A stretch of 64,000 nt of DNA, taken from Antechinus flavipes. Its lineage: Eukaryota. The notes under the pieces are model-generated. The model saw only the letters and a program-made list of their open reading frames with translations. It searched no databases and was not told where the DNA came from. A program made the translations under genes and the position numbers. Shown piece after piece: positions 46,981-59,080 of this stretch. Position 1 is the stretch's first letter. Each line of letters opens with the position of its first letter. The stretch is from NCBI RefSeq assembly GCF_016432865.1, contig NC_067403.1, positions 109,988,001-110,052,000 on the forward strand, read 5' to 3'.

Positions 46981-48507
46981 ATTATATTTTTCTCAAAGCC
47001 CCAAACACTAGCCCCAAGGCTAACCAAGAAATAAGAGCTGTACCATTGAAAAACTAGATTATATTTGTTTTTTTTTTTTTTTTTTGTCCCACTCTATTCA
47101 AGTGAGACAGGACTTTTTCAACACCAGCAGTTGTATCACCTGATATGGCTTATTGTGAGGGACACTGGGGGCAATAAGCCAAGTGCTGGGGTTAGGGGGA
47201 GGAGGTTATTTTGCTACTGATCAGCAGGCAAGATCTCTCCAGGGACCCTGTCAAAGTGACACAGCACAGTCTCAGTGAGGGAACAAGAGCATGCTAATCT
47301 CAGCAGGGGTCAGAACCCCAGAAGCCAGTATCCTCAGAGCATCAGTCACATCAAGAGGATTTTCCTCAATGGGATATGTCTTGCAGAAGAACCAAGGGAG
47401 GGGATGGAAGGGCACCACAGATTGATGTGTTTTACAATAATCTGAGGGATTCTAAACTCATGATGTCTCTTGGATAATCCACCAGAGGCCCTCTTGCGTT
47501 TGTTCCCTGACCCCAAAGGGTGAATGAAGGGGCCTTCTATTAGGATTATTCAAGACACTGCCAGGTTCATTCTGTGGACATCATCACCTACTGAATTCAT
47601 GATCCCAATCCAGTTCCTTCTACCAACATCAATACAAACTACTGTTTTCCAACAATAAACACATTTAAACCTGATCTAACCAAATACAATAATAAGAATT
47701 AAGAGCATTTTTAGAGACATAAGATGGGAAGAATATTGGATTTGAAACTGTGAAGCTCTGAGTTCAAATCTTGCCTCAGATACTTATTAACTGTGTGCTC
47801 TGAATCATTCTGTTCCTGAGACAACTCTCTAAAACAATCTGTGATTTACTGAACAAGGGATGTGATCAGATTTCAGGGGATATAGAAATAAGCATAAGGA
47901 AAAATTCATCTTCGTTTTCTCCTAAGCTCTGATGGAAGTTTAGTATTTACTTTAATTATTTTATGACATTAATTTCAAGAAGGTATCCACAGCCTTCACT
48001 AAAATGAAGGTAATTTTTAGCAAGGTATTTTTCTAATTTTAATACTGATAGCAGGTGTACCTTAACTGCTCAGAATATTAAAAGCAAATCTGTCTTAAAG
48101 ACCAGTTTAAGTAGTGATTTCTCTTTGTGTGTGTCTGTCTCTCTCCTTCCTCTCTGTCTCTCTGTCTCTGTCTCTCTCCCCCCCACCCCCCAGCTCCTAA
48201 TGTGGATCTATCTATATCTATATCTAAATTTCCTCCATCAGAGGATGATGCCTACAATTTTAAATTTAAGAGTTGACCTGGGACCCTCAACCTTGACCAC
48301 AAGCTAATATCTGTAAGAGGCAGCATCTGAACCCAGTTCATCTTGGCTCCAAAGCTCCCAGCTGACTCCATTTATGTAGGCATTCAAACATAGCACAGTG
48401 TAAGCATAATGAACAGAGGTTTTTGTTTGTTTTGGGTTTTGCCATAGTACTATTGACCCCAGCTACAGTACTTACTGGGCCCATTTTAGAAAGAATATGG
48501 ACAAGTG

Positions 48508-48750
48508 AGGGCATTTAGATGACATAGTGGATAGAGTACTAAGCCCAGAATTAGGTGTTCAAACCCAACCTTCAACACTTATGATCTGTGGACTCTAGGC
48601 AAGTCACTTAATCCTGTTTATCTCAACTTCTTCAACTGTAAAATGAGCTGGAGAAAGAAATAGCAAATTATTCCAGTATTTTTCTTAAAGAAAACTCCAA
48701 ATAGGGTCATGAAGAGTCAGACACAACTGAAAATGACTTAACAACAAAAT
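48508..48750 (+). mobile_element. MAR1-type SINE
   Basis: gggcatttagatgacatagtggatagag...gctggagaaagaaatagcaaa...aatgacttaacaacaa. Confidence 0.85.
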
Positions 48751-49038
48751 AGCCAAGTAGGTATTCACAACACTGCAAACACTGGGCTAATGTGTGATCA
48801 ATACCTTTTCACAGGTATATGAATCAAGAGTTAAAAGGGATCTCATCTAATCTAACTTCCTCATTTTATAGATGAGCAAACTCAGGTTCAGGGAGGTTAA
48901 ATTATTTGCCCAAAGTTAAACAGGAAAACAGAATTGGAACTCTGATCCTCTTAATCTGAAATAGAAGAGGTTCCTTCCAGTGTACTAAATTCTTTCAGTC
49001 AGACTAGAGTCACATGCATCATTTCAACCCCATCATAG

Positions 49039-49285
49039 GGTTGTTGTGTCATTTCAGTCATGTTTGACTCTTGGCGATCCCATTTGGGGGGTTTTCTGGC
49101 AAAGATACTAGAGTGGTTTGGCATTTCCCTTTTGGGCTCATTTTACAGATGAGGAAATGCAAGCAAATAGGGTTAAGGACTTGCCCATGGTCACACAGTG
49201 TGTCTGAGGCCTGATTAGAATTCAGGAAAAGAATCTTCCTAGCTCCAAGCCTGACATTCTATCCACTGCACCACCTAGTTGCCCT
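49039..49285 (-). mobile_element. MAR1-type SINE
   Basis: ttgttgtgtcatttcagtcatgtttgactc...actgcaccacctagttgccc. Confidence 0.85.
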
Positions 49286-50522
49286 TCATAATACAAAGTA
49301 AATTGAAAAACTTTCATTATTCTCATCTCATAAAAAGGCCACTAAGTATAAAAAAGAAGCAGTAGGTACTGATTTTTTCAAATCAAATTCTGCTGCTACT
49401 ATCATTACGCCCTGGAATTCTAGTTTTAAAGGATTACTCTGCTGGCAAGAGAATTACAAATAAAACTAATTTCAAGTATATACAAATATAAATATTCACA
49501 TCTGTGCTGCCTCAAAACTGTATTAAGTACTCTAGAAAACTAATAATTTGAGTATTATTTTAAGTCTTATCGATATTTTTTAAAGAAACCCATAAGTGGG
49601 TGATTGAAGAGATTCCCAAATCTATCGGTGGGGAAGCTGGCCCTAATTACAAACAATTCCACTCTTGTCCAGCATAGATGCTGGCTTTGTCCCCTTTCAT
49701 TTACTCTGAGAGAACAAAGATTATAATTGATTCCTAGCTCTGTATACTTTACTGCTGGATAGAATATTCTACCTGATGCTGCCATAACTTAAAAGGTAAT
49801 TTAGATCCATATTTACATTTTTAAAGAAACATGGCAATTTACTGGTTTAGTCCACATAACCCCTGAATCCCATTAACTACAAAGCTGGTAGTGTGAAAAT
49901 GAGATGCTTTCAGTACAGTGGACTTCTTCAGTATCCCCTTTGTTCCTCTAAAGGGAAGATGCTTCCCTATTTTCACACAAACCCCTTTCCTTAACTGGAT
50001 TAGTAATCAGCTGCTACAGAATCTAGCTAAAACTGAAATTTAATTTCAATCATTCCCATACCATCCTCAACTCCCATACAAAAAAAAAGATGAAAATAAT
50101 ATCATTCTACAAAATTATTATTTTAATAACATTATTTTAAGCTATTATATCAAAGAGTAATTAAATTTATTGGCTCATTTTATAAGAATTTATCAAGTGC
50201 CTACTCTGTGCCAGGCACTGTAGAATATCTGTCAAGCAAGGTTGGGGGAAAAAAGCAAAAACCAGCTCTGTCCCCAAACAGTTTACATTCTACTTAAAAC
50301 CTTTTTTTCTTAAAATCTTAGAACATTTTTCCAGAGAAGTTATAAATTTAAGTATACAAATCAATTTAACTGGGGAAAGATAGAATTGTTAAAGATACTA
50401 ACAAAATAGGATGGAATGCGTGGGACAAAGATAATAAAGGAAAGAAACAAGGTGGAACCTCTCCATTCCTACTTGGTTCTTGAGAGACAGCCTAACTTTC
50501 TGAGAAATGTTCAAGAGCCATA

Positions 50523-50600
50523 TATAGGGTGTCCCACAAATCTTAGTATAATTTAATGCTTATATACATATATTTTAAGACTTTTGGAATATCCCATATA
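50523..50600. mobile_element. Mariner-type MITE (~80-bp hairpin)
   Basis: tatagggtgtcccacaaatcttag ... taagacttttggaatatcccatata; inverted repeats with TA flanks. Confidence 0.7.
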
Positions 50601-52544
50601 ACTGTTTCACTTAATGAAAAGCACACTTTCTTTTCTCTGTCATTCTGGAATGTCTAGTACCCAATGGTTCTTAGGCTCCCAGAACAAGAACAGGAATGAT
50701 AAATTATAATCAGTGAAAGGAAATAAGCATTTATATAGTGTTTACTATATTCCAGGCACTATGCTAAACTCTTTAAAAAATCATCTCTTTTGATCCTCAA
50801 AACAACCCTGTAGGTAGGTACTGTTATTGTCATATTAACGGGGAAGGAATTCAAGCATACAGAGATTAAGTAGCTTGTTCAGGGTCTTCCTGACCCTAAA
50901 CCCACTTCACCACTTGGCTACTTCTACCAACAAAGGAGTGTTTCAACAAGAGTTGCTACTCTAGTAGAAATAACCTCAACCCTGGCTGAGCCAACCTCTA
51001 TATAATTGTCCATCTTTACAGAGATAGCCTTTATATACATATAGCCACAATTTTACAACAGGTCAAATGTGGGTGTCTTGTTCAGTAGGCAATGGTCAGT
51101 AGGTATTATGGAAAGTACTGGTGACATATGCTAATGATTAAGAAAATGTTTGGGGCTGAAGAGTGGGTAATCACTCTCAGAAAAATAGGAATAGGGTCAG
51201 AATTGGGATCTAAGCCAACACAAACCAAAGTTAGATCCAGCACCTGATTTTCCTTGCAGTGCCTAAATCCAAGCGTTTGAGATGAATGGGAAACCAGGGA
51301 GGTCATTAATAGATCAAGAGGAAGGAAACACAAAGTATTGGCAAACACTTATTGTTTAGTTAACTCAACCTATCTTCCCAAAGAATAGCCATTGTACACA
51401 TTCCTCACTCTTGTACTGATGTATGTGCGAGGAGGGAAGCGGGATGTGGAGAGAAGGGTCATGAGCCAGATACATCTTACCTCTTCCTGACTCAGCTCTG
51501 CCAGTAAGACTATAGACTAAGAACAGAGGAATCAGGAGAGGCTGCCCTGGAATTTGCAGTTTCTTTGACAGAGGAAATGAACTCTGCTGGAAGAGCTACT
51601 GAAAATTTAAGACCAAGTTTCTGGATGCTTAGATAGTATCTTTGTTTCAAACAAGATATAACTACAACCATTCTGGGATTTTTGACAGAGAAGAAACTTA
51701 TTTCTAGCCTATGTCAACAAGTTCCACAAATTTATAATAATCTTGAGGAGGTAACAAGTGGTTCTTGTTTGTGATTTTGTAATAAGTGCTTAAGGCCCCA
51801 TTTAGCAATATACCCTCTAGCCAAAAATTTATCAATCTGGATTGATATGACCTAGTACCTGATAGATAGCCAGGAGGACAGGAAGAAGTCAGATCAGAAA
51901 GAATATGGCAAGTCAAGATCATACCATAAAATAATCTAAACTGACTTTTCCAAAATTATCAGGATCAAGCTTGATGTGATTCACAAAGAGATGTGAAAAG
52001 ACATATTCCTGCTCCTTTGCAGAGTTGGAGATGATCCACAAGTGAGAAACACTGATTAAAACGCCACTTTCTTTCAGTATTTTGATTGGTTTTGCTAAAT
52101 TTTCTTCTAAAGATGATACTAACAGCCAGAGATACCCTTCTCTCAGATTATGACCCATTCTACGCTGAACAGGACTGGTGGTTACAATGTGAAAGTCGCA
52201 TTTTCCTGGCCTGCAGGTGGAGAGTAGAACTGATAAGAGGACTGAGGCCTCCAAGATATGATAAAGACATCTCTATTACTATATTTGAAAGTCAATTTAT
52301 CAAGGGACAAGAATACTATGTAGAAGGTGGAATGTAAGTTATGTGATGTCAAGTAACGCTTCACTTTTATGTTTGTATCCGCTAGTGCTTGATATACAAT
52401 AAGTGCTTGTTGATTTATTCACTGATGGGCACAAGACCTCAATATATTATATTGCTCAGAGTTTAGTCGTGATTAGCAGGCATTCTACTGAGAGAAATCT
52501 GACATGGAATGAGTGACTATATCTGAAAAAGAGTCTCCCATCCA

Positions 52545-53310
52545 TCAAGGTTTCTTAACTTTTTGAGGGGGTCAGCAGCTTTTCTACTTCAGCCTATGGA
52601 TCCTTTCTTAGAATAGTCTTTTTTTAAAAAATATGCCTAGGATTGCAAAGGAAGCCAATAATATTGATAGTGGTCAAAATATATATTTTTAAGTTTACAT
52701 ACCCTAAATTGTGGTATATGAATGTTATGGAATATTATTGTTCTGTAAGAAATGACCAACAGGATGAATACAGAGAGGCTTGGAGAGACCTACATGGACT
52801 GATGCTAAGTGAGATGAGCAGAACCAGGAGATCATTATACACTTCGACAACGATATTGTATGAGGATGTATTCTGATGGAAGTGGATTTCTATGACAAAG
52901 AGACCTAACTGAATTTCAATGGATAAATGATGGACAGAAACAGCTACACCCAAAGAAAGAACACTGGGACACGAATGTGAACTATTTGCATTTTTGATTT
53001 TCTTCCCGAGTTATTTTTACCTTCTGAATCCAATTCTCCCTGTGCAACAGGAGAACTGTTCGGTTCTGCAAATATGTATTATATCTAGGATATACTGCAA
53101 CATATTTAACATATATAGGACTGCTTGCCATCTTGGGGGGGGGGTGGAGGGAGGGAGGGGAAAAAGCGAAACATAAGCGAGTGCAAGGGATAATGTTGTA
53201 AAAAAAATTACCCTGGTATGGATTCTGTCAATACAAAGTTATTATTAAATAAAATTAAATTAAAAAAAAAAGTTTACATACCCTTAGGTTAAGAAGCTTT
53301 ACCTTAGAGG
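52545..53310. mobile_element. hAT-Charlie MITE split by an L1 insertion
   Basis: caaggtttcttaactttttt...aagtttacataccct [L1] aagtttacatacccttaggttaagaagc. Confidence 0.65.
52706..53269 (+). mobile_element. 5'-truncated young L1 3' end with polyA
   Basis: Perfect 15-bp TSD aagtttacataccct at 52691-52705 and 53270-53284; little decay. Confidence 0.95.
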
Positions 53311-53419
53311 AAAGTATATTGTAAGAAAAGTTAAAGGTGATCAGCATAGTCTTCAAAGGGTAGTTCCATGGCTTCTGGATCTCAGGAATTCCTGCCCTGA
53401 CTTAAATGCATGTTATTTG

Positions 53420-53650
53420 AAAGACAGTGTGGTATAGCAGAGATTTGCTAGATTTGCCATCAAGAAGAGCTTTGATCAAATCCTATCACATATATTTCCT
53501 GCTTATGAAATCTTGAATAATTCACCTAACTTCTTAGTCTTAGCTTCTTCATCTGTAAAATGGGGATAATAAGAACACTTATTTCACAAAGTTGTTATAA
53601 GGATCAAATAAAATAATATATATAAAGCTCTGTGAAAGAATTAGCTACCG
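53420..53650 (+). mobile_element. MIR
   Basis: gacagtgtggtatagcag...cttcatctgtaaaatggggataataag...gttgttataaggatcaaat. Confidence 0.8.
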
Positions 53651-53759
53651 TTATTATTTTGCTCTCCCTGAACCTAGCTCATAGAATCTAGACTTAATTC
53701 CCAATCACTGACAGTAATGATTGCAATGATGGTGAGGTCTCTTACTTTTTACAAAGCAC

Positions 53760-53958
53760 ATTGTATAAATCAATTGCCACCTAAAACTCAAGGAGTATCC
53801 CCAACCTGGATTAAAATGCAATTGGAAATGCTTAACAAAATAAAGGAAAATTTAATACAACATAATGTTAATTAATAATGTTAATAATTAATAATGTTTT
53901 GTGGTTTTCTAAATTAAATAGGGGACTTCCCTTTTCTATTTGAGTTTGACAACACTGA
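53760..53958. mobile_element. hAT-type MITE remnant
   Basis: Right end ttgagtttgacaacactg resembles a hAT TIR; left end degenerate. Confidence 0.5.
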
Positions 53959-56849
53959 ATAGATTATTTCAATTGAGACTAACAAGAACTTAATGAGGAA
54001 CGTAATTATAGGTGAGGAAGCTGAGGCTCAATGATGTTAAATGATTTATCCTACATCACAGTGGCCCAGACAGAAGTTTTATATATGCTTTCTGCCTCGC
54101 AGTCATAGACACTCTAACCACTGATTCCCTTCTCCATAAAGGAGAACTTATTGTTTGTTTGTTTATGTATTTGTTACTTTTACTGTAGATGGTTTTGAAA
54201 GCAAAGGGAGAAACAAAATGAATGAGAAAAGATAGAAAGTTGCCTAGTTCTGATTTGCTCAGGCAAGCTTGAATTTCTCTAGAGAAGAAAACCATTTTGG
54301 GAATGAAAGTGAAATTAGGGTAAGGAGGGGAATTGATTGGCCGCTAGAGCCTTCTCTAAGAGCACAGAAGTGGTAAAACTAGTGAAACTAGTTATAGGAA
54401 ACTAGTTAGAAAACTGAAAGAAAAAATTCCATCATATTAAAAAGTTATTACCATAAGAGCTCTCTTAGAAGACACACATCATTTCTTCATAGGTAAAGCA
54501 GAGCCCTTTATAAAGAGAGTAATTAAATGTCTTAATTCCTAGGAAAATTTCCCTGTGATGGTTTTTTGCCTGAGCACTGCAGAGTCCAAAGTATGTGCCT
54601 CAGCAGAAGAAGAGACAGAGGAAACCAAGAAGGGAAGATATGAAAGCCCTAAAAGAGTGGGTGCTGGAATATTAAACTAAATAATTAAATATTAAAAGTC
54701 ATTCTTGATTATGGATCTTTAAAATATAGTTCATATTTCAGAATACTATTACCTTCTAAATCAAGTACAAATTCCTCTCTTGGGCATAGAAAACCCATGA
54801 CTGTCTTTTTCTAAGCTACTTTTCCAGTTTTATTACCTCCTTTATGCATTCTATAGTCCAGCCAAACTGACTGACTTTACTACTTTACTATAACATTTCC
54901 TCTCCCATTTTCCTGCCTTTACAGGTAATGCTTGTGCCTGGGAATACACTTCCTCCTTATCTTTCATTCTTAAAACTTTATGTGCCTAAATTAGAGCCAA
55001 GAAAGTGAACTTCATTCGAAGCATTACAAGGAATAGACACACATGTGTAGGCATATACTAGTTGTTCCCCTTTGATAAAACATAAGGGCAGGGACTATTT
55101 CATTTTTGTCTTTAATATCTCCAATAACTAACATAGACCTTGGATGCTTGCAGATTAATGCTGAGGAATGAATAGTCTAGGTGTCAGTCATACCCAGAAA
55201 ATGATGGCTGATTTGACTATATTATTATCACATTATTACAAGCCTGAAAGAAATGGGGGAACTAAAAGTGATCTACTAGAAAGAAAATCAAGAGAATATA
55301 ACTATCCCTTTGCAACAACAATAAAAAATGAATATGGCTTTTGATGTGGGAAAAGACTGAAGAGGCAGAAGTTTCATTTTTACATAAAGAAGCATGAAAT
55401 CATGAATGGTAAGACCAATATACCTATGCATTTCAAGAGTCAATGAACACATTGGATTTTTTTACAGTCTTCTCTGAAAAATAATATTTGTGCTGATGAC
55501 CCAGAATCATAAAGGAAAGATTTAGTTCTCTGCATTCTAATAAGGCAGAAACAAGCATTATTTGATAGAAATTTTTTAATAAATATACACAAAATCAGGT
55601 TTTATTCTGATTGTTTTGAGAGAAAATCAAAAAAGCAGGTGGTAGTTGAAAAGTGGCAGGTTTCTGAATGTAAGGGGAAATTTCCTAGCAATTTAACATG
55701 CCTAAAAATGAAACGGATTTTTCTGATACATAGTGAACTTCCCATCCTTGCAGAACTACAAGCAAGATTGAAGTATCATTGAAAATACTGCAAAAGCAAT
55801 TCCTCTCTAGGAACAACTTAAAACAGATGGCTGTGGGAGCCCTTTCTAACTCTCAGATTCCAGGAGTTCATTTATTTGAAAAAGTGAGTAATGTGCAATA
55901 TCTCATATTTCTTAATGATGATAAATAAATGAGGCATTAAAGTTCTATGCATAAATTTAAATATTGGAAAGAATTTGGTTCACAACTCTAGAATTGTTTC
56001 TCCACTTTTAAAATTCACTAATGTGATTTTAACATGTGAAAAAAATCACTAAAACGATGTTTTGTCCTTTGAATATGGGATTGTCAGATCACAATACTGC
56101 ATTCTAAAAGAGCCTGAACAATTTATCACAAAAAGGAACTGCTGAGATATATAATATAACTATAATTCACTGAAATTAGTTTTCCAGTGTTGGTAATGGG
56201 AATTAATTTCACAAAGACATCCGGATTATTGACAACCTTAAATATTATTTAAAGATCTATAGAGACTGCTTCTGGCAATTGAGACAAAACTTTTTACTAG
56301 ACATGACCAAGCAAGAAGAAATCAATATTGCCTTATTGCATCTCTTTCCTCAATCAAAAAACTAGAGATGAAAAGTTTATTCCCAGAAATATTTTAGCAT
56401 TTCCATGACTGGTGAAATCAAACTCAAAGTAAACTAGTTCTACCTAGATTGACAATAAATATTAAAAGAGGATCAACGTGATTCAAGTTGTTATCATTCA
56501 ATAAACCTCTTGCATTGGACATAGCATGGTAGAATAGAGAGGGCATGCCTTGCAGTCAGGAGAACCCGGATTTTAGTCCCACACTGGTTGCAGTCTATTA
56601 TTCAAAAATGGGAAGCAACCTATTTTTTAAAATTTATTCAGACAACTCTTTAATACACTACATTTCAGATAAAATGCTAATCTGCATTGATGGCAGATGT
56701 TTCCATATCATTAGATGCCCACAGTGATGAAATCAATTGCCTGGGCCAAAACAAAAGCTTATAAGAAATCTCCATGTTAAATGGCAAACAATTTTTCAGC
56801 AAGCTCAAAGGCTCGGGAAAGTCTTATAACATCTATCGACCTTCCATTT

Positions 56850-59080
56850 CTTTCTGCTTTTTTATTACTAAATGCTACTCGTCTTCCAAGCTATGACTTC
56901 AATCCCTCAGTCGCTCAGTTCTCTTCCAGACCATCTTTTCTGCACTAGCCACTCTCTCCTTTTTTCCTCATCTTGACCCCTTACTGAACCAATTCACTTC
57001 TACATAATCCTCTTCTCCTGAGTTTTCAGGCCCCTTTATCATTCTGCCAAATGTTCCCTGCCAAGCCTCAGTCCCAGAACACTCCCACCCATCCCTCCTA
57101 AGCACAAGTTGCTGAACAAAGGCAGAGAAAAATCACAGAAATAGTCCACTACAAACTTATGCTATGCAAGCTCAACAGGACTCTCCCTGCTGCTAGACAC
57201 TCCTACTATATCTTACTTATCAACTCACTCTCCCACTCTTTACACTGACTCTTCCAAACCTTATCATTTCTCCTCAAATTTCCCATGACTTTCCTCCCTC
57301 CACCCTCTCAGCAAAGAACCTCGCTTCGTATTTTACAGGAAACACTAAGAACACTCCTCATGAGCTCCCTCTTCTCTCTTCCTCACCTAATTTCACTCAA
57401 TAAATATGCTTTCTGCCACTATATACTCCTTTGCCAGTGACCCACATAATGAGATAACCTTACTCTTTACCAAGCCTAATCCCAATCCTGCTCAAGCAAG
57501 CTCATTCTGGCCTATCTCCTCCAAGGGATTTCCTCTTCTTCAGCTTATTTTTAATTTCTATCTACTCATTTCCTACTTCCTATAAACATGCTCATGTCTC
57601 CTCTATTTTCAAAAAGCCCTCATTTGATCCTTCTATCTTTGCAATCATCTGAAATCACTTCTGTCTTTTATGTTTAAATTCTTTGAAAAGCCTTTTTCTA
57701 ATAAATGCTTCCACTGTCCTTTTCTTCCCATTTTCTTCTTAACCCCTTATAATCTGGCTTCTAATATTCCGCCAAAACTATTCTCTCCAAAGTTACCAGT
57801 GACTTTTTAATTGCCAGATCTAATGTCTTTTTTCAATCCTTGTTCTCCTCAACTTCTCTACAATCTTTATCACTGTTAATCATTCTCACTCCTTTAATAA
57901 GTTTCTTCTCTTTAGGTTTTCATGAAACTACTTCTGATTCTCCTTTTACTTATCTGTCCACTCCTCAGTTTTCTTTGCTGGATCCTCATCAACTGACATA
58001 TAAACATACATATACATATACATAAAAATATACATACATATTTATGTATATACACCCACACATACAATCACCAAGTGATTATATCAGTTCTAACTTGCCA
58101 TCTTTCTCCTGACCTCCTAACTTAATCTCCAATTTTTGGACATCTTGAACTGGATGACTGATAGAAATCTTAAATTCAGTGTCATCAAAGCTCATTTCCC
58201 CCTTAGCCCTCTCCCCCTCCTACCCTCTCTATTACTGTAGAACCCAACATCATCCTCACAGTCTCTCAGACACACCATCTAAGTGTCATTTGAGATTGCT
58301 CACTATCCCTCAGCCCTCAATATCCAATCTATTACCAATGTCTGTCCCCTTTTCACCATCTCTTTACATACCCCCTTCTCTACTCTGACACTGACACCAC
58401 CCTCATCATTGCATGTATGGATTATTGCAATAACCTGCTACAAGGTCTGCTAGTTTCAAGCCTCTCTCCCCTCCATGCTCTATTCAGCCTCCCAAGGGAT
58501 TTTTCTACAGAGCAGGTCTGTTCATACTATCTTCCCATCCCCTATTCTATAAACTCCCAGTAGCTCTCTATCACCTCCAAGACCAATTACAAAATCTTCT
58601 GATTTTTAAAATCCCTCATAATCTACCCCCTCTTTCCACCTTGCCAATCTTTTTACACTTTACTTCCTACCACTTATGCAGTTACACTGACCACCTGGCT
58701 ATTTCATGAACGAGACAACTATCTCTCTACCATAGGCATTTTCTCTCGCTATCCCCCATGCCTGGAAGGCTGGCTCATCTCTGATTACTGGCTTTGTTGG
58801 CTTCCATGAAGTCCCAAGTAAAATCCTATATTCTACAGGAAGTCTTCCTAACTACTTTACATTCTAGTGCCCTCCCTCTTTTATTCCCTATTTAGTCTAC
58901 ATATAACCTACTTGTACAAATTTGTTTGCCTGTTGTCTCTATCAGATTGTGAAATACTTGAGAGGAGGACTATCTTTTGCCTCTCTCTCTTTTTTTTTTT
59001 TTTTTTTTAATCCCCAGTGATTAGCAAAGAACCTGGTACATAGCTGACAGTTAAAAATGTTTACTGACTGAATACTGATT
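56850..59080 (+). mobile_element. Long (~2.2 kb) L2 relic
   Basis: Continuous C/T-rich L2 ORF2-like sequence ending acctggtacatagctgacagttaaaaatgtttactgactgaat; (CATA)-like low complexity at ~57995-58065. Confidence 0.85.

Noticed and set aside
43729-47034. Long ORFs at 43729-44140 and 46638-47034 (also 6886-7224 and 33465-33677)
   Set aside because: They are artefacts of translating through N gaps.
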